Shown: piece after piece, positions 27,301 to 32,937 of the stretch | Numbering within the stretch: position 1 is the first letter of the stretch | Layout of the letters: every line of letters starts with the position of its first letter | Assembly (NCBI GenBank): GCA_041600595.1 | Contig: JBFIJS010000001.1 | Span: 1 to 32,937, forward strand | DNA from: Saprospiraceae bacterium | GTDB lineage: Bacteria > Bacteroidota > Bacteroidia > Chitinophagales > Saprospiraceae | Reading direction: 5' to 3' | Length of the DNA: 32,937 nt | Position numbers and translations under genes: made by a program | Notes under the pieces: generated by a model | Databases searched by the model: none | What the model was told of the DNA's origin: nothing | Seen by the model: only the letters and a program-made list of their open reading frames with translations

Positions 27301-28973
27301 GAAAGGGACATCACGGAACGCTCCCGGATGGGGTCGATAGGAGGGTTGGTGACCTGAGCGAATAGTTGCTTGAAATAATTGGCCAGATGCTGGGGGCGGT
27401 GCGACAGGACGGCCAGTGGCGTGTCGGACCCCATGCTGCCGATGGGGTCTTTCCCTTCGGCGGCCATTGGCTGCAACAAGACCTTGATGTCCTCCCTCGA
27501 ATAGCCAAAAAGCCTTTGTTTTTGGAGCAGGGTCAGCTTGCTTTTTTCGGGTGTCTCCCTCGCCACCAAATCCTTCATTGTCAGCCGGTACTTGTTCAGC
27601 CAGGCACGGTAAGGGAGTTTTTTGCAAATGATTTTTTTTACCTCTTCATCGGCATAAATGTATTTTTCGTCCAGGTCGGCAATCAGCATTTTGCCCGGTT
27701 GCAGACGGCCTTTTTTGATGACAATAGACTGGTCAACCGGCAGTGCTCCTGCCTCAGAAGCCAGGATCAGGCGGTCGTCATTGGTCAGGCAATAACGGGC
27801 CGGGCGCAGTCCGTTGCGGTCGAGCGTTGCCCCGACAAGATTACCGTTGGTAAAACAAATAGCGGCCGGCCCGTCCCACGGCTCCACCAGGTTTTCGTGG
27901 TATTCATAAAAGGCCCGTTTGTAATCTTCCATCCGTTCGTCCATTTCCCAGGCTTCGGGGATCATCATCATCATGGTGTGAGGGACGGAGCGCCCGCCCA
28001 TCACGAGGAATTCCAGTGCGTTGTCGAAGTAACCGCTATCGGAAAGCTGATAGCCGGTAACGGGCTTCAGAGAGTCGATCTCTTCATCGTTGAAATGCTC
28101 GGACACCAAATCCTTTTCCCTTGATTTCCACCAGTTGACATTACCGGTAATGGTATTGATCTCGCCGTTGTGAGCTATGTAGCGGAAAGGCTGCGCCAAT
28201 TTCCATTTGGGTACGGTGTTGGTGGAAAAACGGGAGTGAATCAGTGCGATGGCGCTCTCCATGTTTTCGTCTTGCAGGTCGAGGAAGTAGTTGCGGAGTT
28301 GCCAGGTGGTCAGTTGGCCCTTGTACACAATCGTTTTATAGGAGAAAGAGGCAAAATAGAACAGGTCGTGCAATTCGAAGGGCATTTCCCGGTGTACGAG
28401 GCGGGCTGCATTTTTTCGTAAAATATAGAGTTTCCGTTCCAGCTTCATTCCGCTCAGGCCATCCTTGTGTTTGACAAAAACCTGCACCATATCAGGCTCG
28501 GTGGATATAGCTGATTTCCCAAGTCCGTCATTATTAACGGGCACAGGACGTATCCCCAATAGTTCAAACTCCCTGTTGGCTATGACCTCCTTCAGCTTGT
28601 CCAAACAGCGTTGCTGCAGTTCTTTTTCTTTGGGTAAGAAAAGCATTCCCACACCATAATGCCCCAGTGGAGGCAGTCTGAAGCCCAGTCGCCCGGCCTC
28701 CGCAAAGAACAGCCGGTGAGGGGTCTGCAGGAGGATGCCTGCTCCGTCGCCGGTGTTGGCTTCATAGCCACAGGCGCCGCGGTGTTCCATGTTCGCCAAC
28801 ATGGTCAGGGCATCCTTGACCAGTTGGTGGGACGGTTCGTTTTTCAGGTTAGCGATGAGGCCGGTTCCGCAGCTGTCGCGTTCGGCTTGCGGCACATATA
28901 GCCCCTGCTGGGGAGTAGTTTTTCCGTATAGGGAGAAATTTTCTAACTGATGCTGCTCGGCTTGGTCTTGCAT
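24339..28973 (-). CDS. gltB: Glutamate synthase large subunit
   Basis: 1544 aa with an Ntn-amidotransferase Cys (ERDSCGTGLIA), central FMN/3Fe-4S region (CHLNTCPVGIATQDP) and a C-terminal GXGXG beta-helix domain. It lies 20 nt upstream of gltD. Confidence 0.95.
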   Translation of the reverse strand: MQDQAEQHQLENFSLYGKTTPQQGLYVPQAERDSCGTGLIANLKNEPSHQLVKDALTMLANMEHRGACGYEANTGDGAGILLQTPHRLFFAEAGRLGFRLPPLGHYGVGMLFLPKEKELQQRCLDKLKEVIANREFELLGIRPVPVNNDGLGKSAISTEPDMVQVFVKHKDGLSGMKLERKLYILRKNAARLVHREMPFELHDLFYFASFSYKTIVYKGQLTTWQLRNYFLDLQDENMESAIALIHSRFSTNTVPKWKLAQPFRYIAHNGEINTITGNVNWWKSREKDLVSEHFNDEEIDSLKPVTGYQLSDSGYFDNALEFLVMGGRSVPHTMMMMIPEAWEMDERMEDYKRAFYEYHENLVEPWDGPAAICFTNGNLVGATLDRNGLRPARYCLTNDDRLILASEAGALPVDQSIVIKKGRLQPGKMLIADLDEKYIYADEEVKKIICKKLPYRAWLNKYRLTMKDLVARETPEKSKLTLLQKQRLFGYSREDIKVLLQPMAAEGKDPIGSMGSDTPLAVLSHRPQHLANYFKQLFAQVTNPPIDPIRERSVMSLSMRLAGCGNMLTMGLEHARFIRINQPLLNNEEIAKIKNIYHPHFKVESLDITFPADYSPGDLEKRLGEVCEQAEAFARTGHNILILSDKKAGPNRAPIPSLLATGAVHHHLTRTNLRVATSLVIEAGDVFETHHFATLIGFGATAVHPYVALESVKEMAAEQKMNLNGSYQGVTEKFSVKNYTKAVGGGLLKIMSKNGISTLQSYQGAQIFEILGIRREVVDKCFTGAISRIEGIGFDEMAKEVLDKHYQVNWHPTTENSHPQPSDLDVGGLFQWKRKGEYHLFNPQSIHLLQYSTRRNDYKAFKKYTKIINEQSERACTLRGLLDFKTQQPIPLHEVEPVENILKRFATGAMSFGSISHEAHSTLAIAMNRIGAKSNSGEGGEDPIRFEKKPNGDWERSAIKQVASGRFGVTSYYLTNADELQIKMAQGAKPGEGGQLPGHKVDNWIARVRHSTPGVGLISPPPHHDIYSIEDLAQLIFDLKNANRQARINVKLVSKAGVGVIASGVAKAHADVILIAGHDGGTGASPLTSVRHAGLPWELGVAESHQTLVKNKLRDRVVLQADGQMRTGKDIAVAALLGAEEWGVATAALVVEGCILMRKCHLNTCPVGIATQDPELRKRFDADPQHIVNFFTFLAQDLREIMASLGFRTVNEMIGKTDRLKIKPLTGHPKYKHLDLSPLLHQEPADEAVGQYKMVEQDHGLENILDWRLLNLAKGAIRHRNHMESILPIKNVDRAVGTLLSNEITKKYGAEGLLEGSLYFRFRGSAGQSFGAFGVRGIHFVLEGESNDYFGKGLSGGRLIVVPDRETNPLHFIPAENTIIGNVALFGATSGEVFIRGIAGERFAVRNSGANAVVEGVGDHGCEYMTGGCVVVLGETGKNFAAGMSGGMAFIFDPENNFERNCNLQMVDLDPLDKKDLEAVRKLVRDHFRYTGSNLALSILNDWRKQQQYFIKVMPKDFKRVLKEQQSDFQQPEAGAIQETTISQ

Positions 28974-29122
28974 GTATCTATCGATTTTGCGCGGTTACGA
29001 AAATAGAACGACTGCCTTGTAAAGGTGGTTGGCCTCGGAAAGGGCGGGCTGTACTTTTAAGCTTATTTGGAAAGGGTTTTAAAAAATAATAGGAAAAGCC
29101 AATTATTTTAAAATGAAGCCAA

Positions 29123-29153
29123 CAAAGATAGTGAATTGGTGTGATGTTTCAAA
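29123..29153 (-). promoter_or_regulatory. Bacteroidota-type promoter (-33 TTTG, -7 TATCTTTG; reverse strand) for gltBD
   Basis: The + strand reads CAAAGATA at 29123-29130 and CAAA at 29150-29153, with a 19-nt spacer. This predicts a leader of about 145 nt. Confidence 0.5.
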
Positions 29154-29344
29154 TGATTCTTTTTTTTATGTGAGATAGGGTGCGGCTTGTTTTGTGAAAA
29201 AATGATAGATAGGTTTATTGCTTTATATTGGATAAAATTGAATTTTGCCAAATAAATAAACATTTAAAGCGCTTTTTTTAAAAATATTATTTTAAAAAGG
29301 CAGTGCGACATGCGTTTTGCGCTGAGCAAATAACGAATAATATC

Positions 29345-29941
29345 ATGGATAAAAAGATTACCCGGCATTTATCGAAGGACCCTGTCCTGGAAAGCCTGAT
29401 AGGGAGGTATCCGCCTCCTGCCTTTCGGAAATCGACAGGCCTTTACCCCGACCTTTTACGTTCCATTGTTGGCCAACAATTATCCGGTAAGGCTGCCGAA
29501 ACGATCCACAGTCGTTTTCTTAATCTGTTCGACGACCGTATCCCGAACGCCAACAAGATATTGGCTATGGATATGGAAACGTTGCGGAGCGTCGGCCTTT
29601 CGCGGCAAAAGGCTTCCTACCTGCAAAATGTATCTACATTTTTTATCAAGGAAAAAATCGAACACAGCGACCTTCACGACATGGACGACGAGGCCATTAT
29701 TGCCCTTCTCACTCAGGTCAAAGGGGTGGGGCGCTGGACGGTAGAAATGATCCTGATGTTTTCCCTCAATCGTCCCGACGTGTTGCCCCTTGACGATCTT
29801 GGCATCCGCAACGGCATGATCGCCCAATATGGCCTCACCGAAACGGGGCGTGCCCTGAAACAACGCATGGTGGAAGTGGCCGAACCCTGGCGCCCCTACC
29901 GAACCTATGCCTGTTGGTATATGTGGCGGAGTTTGGAGTAA
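29345..29941 (+). CDS. DNA-3-methyladenine glycosylase II family (HhH-GPD, AlkA-like)
   Basis: I prefer the ATG at 29345 (MDKKITRHLSKDP). It carries the HhH motif VKGVGRWTVEMILMF and a catalytic-Asp context, LPLDDLGIRNG. Confidence 0.85.
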   Translation: MDKKITRHLSKDPVLESLIGRYPPPAFRKSTGLYPDLLRSIVGQQLSGKAAETIHSRFLNLFDDRIPNANKILAMDMETLRSVGLSRQKASYLQNVSTFFIKEKIEHSDLHDMDDEAIIALLTQVKGVGRWTVEMILMFSLNRPDVLPLDDLGIRNGMIAQYGLTETGRALKQRMVEVAEPWRPYRTYACWYMWRSLE

Positions 29942-30145
29942 AATATTGTGTAGCGCATGAGTAAGCCGTCGGAATTTTTCATAGACAAAGTTAACAGGGG
30001 AAAGATCAAGTGGCAGCAAGCCATTCGTGCCGGGTGTTTTGTCGTAACTGGCTTATAAAACCATTTATTTGTAAGGCCTTTCTATTTATTTTTCTGTCAT
30101 TTTTAAAAACAAGATTCCACATTTTTCAATTTTCCTTCTTCAGGG

Positions 30146-30175
30146 TTGTCAAACTTCCCCAAAAACGTATCTTTG
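30146..30175 (+). promoter_or_regulatory. Bacteroidota-type promoter (-33 TTG, -7 TATCTTTG) for atpDC
   Basis: TTG at 30146-30148, a 19-nt spacer, then TATCTTTG at 30168-30175, about 75 nt upstream of the atpD ATG. Confidence 0.5.
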
Positions 30176-30244
30176 CGCCGATTTTCGGAAGGGGGTATCC
30201 TTTCGGCCAAAAACAACTCACCTGATCAAACAATAAATCGTTAA

Positions 30245-31834
<1,590 letters not shown>

Positions 31835-32140
31835 ATGAACATTACTATCCTTACTCCCGATAAAGAAATTTTCCAAGGTGACATCGTTTCTGTAAAAGTT
31901 CCGGGCACGCTGGGTCAATTTCAGGTTTTAAAAGGCCACGCACCAATCGTTTCTTCATTGGCAAATGGAGAGGTGGTACTGGTGACAAATGGCGGGCCTT
32001 ACAAATTTTATGATGAGGAAAGCGGGACCATCAAAGAAGCATCGAAGCCAGGAGAGACCATCAGATACAATATCAGTGGTGGTTTTATTGAAGTGCTGAA
32101 TAATGAAATATCTCTGTTGATAAGGATTTCACAATCCTGA
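31835..32140 (+). CDS. atpC: F0F1 ATP synthase subunit epsilon (short form)
   Basis: 101 aa. The N-terminal beta-sandwich pattern (ILTPDKEIF...V.VPG..G.F.VL.GHAP) follows atpD. There is no long C-terminal helical hairpin. Confidence 0.85.
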   Translation: MNITILTPDKEIFQGDIVSVKVPGTLGQFQVLKGHAPIVSSLANGEVVLVTNGGPYKFYDEESGTIKEASKPGETIRYNISGGFIEVLNNEISLLIRISQS

Positions 32141-32179
32141 AAAATTAAGTTTATAAATTTTTATTTCGCTGTTGTTTAA

Positions 32180-32209
32180 GGGATAAGATCTACTTCTTAT
32201 CCCTTTTTT
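32180..32209 (+). terminator. Intrinsic terminator after atpC
   Basis: GGGATAAG (32180-32187) pairs with CTTATCCC (32196-32203), followed by T6. Confidence 0.8.
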
Positions 32210-32278
32210 ATTTAAAGCCTAAAAAGAACATTCTTCGACACTTTACCCGGGCTTAGGAATCGATCCGGTGCGATCCCT

Positions 32279-32665
32279 TCAGAGTTGTGCATCCACTGAC
32301 TCCAGTTCTTTTTCGTCGTATTCGCCGAACCAATCCTTTAGTTTTAATCTGGCTTTTTTCCTTACCTCGGTATTGATGTAACATGCTAAGGTCACGAGCC
32401 CGAAACTTAATACCCCCAAATCGTCGGTATATCCGATGATTGGGGTAAGATCCGGCAGCGCATCAATAGGTGAAATAAAATAACCCAAAACCCCTAAAAT
32501 GATATTCTTTGCCCAAATCGGGGTTTCCTTCCGGGTAAAGGCATAATAAAGTAACAGGGCGCTGTAAACAACCCTGATGCCTGCATCGCGGAAATAATTT
32601 TTGATCTTGGATAACAGCTCGTTCTCAGAGAAAACAGCAGCGTATTTATTGAAAGGATTTTTCAT
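32279..32665 (-). CDS. YkvA/DUF1232 family membrane protein
   Basis: 128 aa with the signature ISPIDALPDLTPIIGYTDD between two hydrophobic segments. Confidence 0.8.
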   Translation of the reverse strand: MKNPFNKYAAVFSENELLSKIKNYFRDAGIRVVYSALLLYYAFTRKETPIWAKNIILGVLGYFISPIDALPDLTPIIGYTDDLGVLSFGLVTLACYINTEVRKKARLKLKDWFGEYDEKELESVDAQL

Positions 32666-32824
32666 GTGAAAAACGGTGCGCTAAACGCCATGATTATTGA
32701 CCATGAGGCGGACGAGTAAAAGGGTTTGTTTTCGCCAGCTGTTAAAATGAAGATATTTTGAAGGCAGGCTCATTACCGTATCCACCCCGGACTTACGAAA
32801 ACGTGGTCGCAATGGCCGATAAAC

Positions 32825-32937
32825 TTATTGTATTTTTTCAAGTAGCTTTTCATAAACTTTTACTCTCCTGTGATTGGACCCGTAGGTGCCTGTTGTAAAG
32901 GTAGTGTAAAGGAAGTAAGCTACACCAAGAACAAAAA
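32825..32937 (-). CDS. 3' end of a membrane protein gene (partial, continues past the window edge)
   Basis: Hand translation of the reverse strand gives ...FVLGVAYFLYTTFTTGTYGSNHRRVKVYEKLLEKIQ, open to the window edge, with the stop at 32825-32827. Confidence 0.4.
   Translation of the reverse strand, partial: FVLGVAYFLYTTFTTGTYGSNHRRVKVYEKLLEKIQ

Noticed and set aside
27366-28124. 252-aa ORF, and many other ORFs of 60-140 aa, antisense to gltB and gltD
   Set aside because: These are typical long antisense frames opposite a large, strongly conserved gene. They are low-complexity and rich in His, Gln and Val, with no independent start context or motifs.

Overview
This is a chromosomal window of mostly housekeeping genes that looks like Bacteroidota. 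The evidence is the conserved bamD-rpoZ-coaBC-DUF4835 gene order, repeated TAnnTTTG -7 promoter boxes (three are the identical octamer TATCTTTG), A-rich start contexts with few Shine-Dalgarno sequences, a stand-alone atpD-atpC pair and a short epsilon subunit. I support about 23 CDSs. On the + strand: bamD, rpoZ, coaBC, a DUF4835 protein, an MFS transporter, gpsA, a polytopic membrane protein, a 1347-aa tandem-cyclase/P-loop/TPR protein, glgC, an ATP-grasp ligase, an AlkA-like glycosylase, atpD and atpC. On the - strand: ybeY, an RsbW-like kinase, a cysteine synthase/CBS-family enzyme, feoB, feoA, an SDR epimerase-family protein, gltD, gltB, a DUF1232 protein and a partial membrane protein at the right edge. 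I see no rRNA, CRISPR array, transposase, integrase or recognisable defence island. The unusual content is mostly non-coding. (1) A tRNA-shaped RNA gene of 117-122 nt with a textbook T arm, closing acceptor helix, a roughly 44-nt extra arm and its own terminator (101-255). (2) A 1.14-kb gene-free island between gpsA and the next CDS (6620-7761). It holds five copies of an AATCCCATGAAC box, two tandem units of about 100 nt whose hairpins differ in sequence but not in structure, several intrinsic terminators pointing against the flanking genes, and an 11-bp inverted repeat. (3) A roughly 33-bp AT-rich hairpin filling the whole atpD-atpC spacer. (4) A cyclase whose two catalytic-domain halves look complementary, like C1/C2 of mammalian adenylyl cyclase. 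All family assignments come from reading motifs by eye. No searches or folding programs were run.
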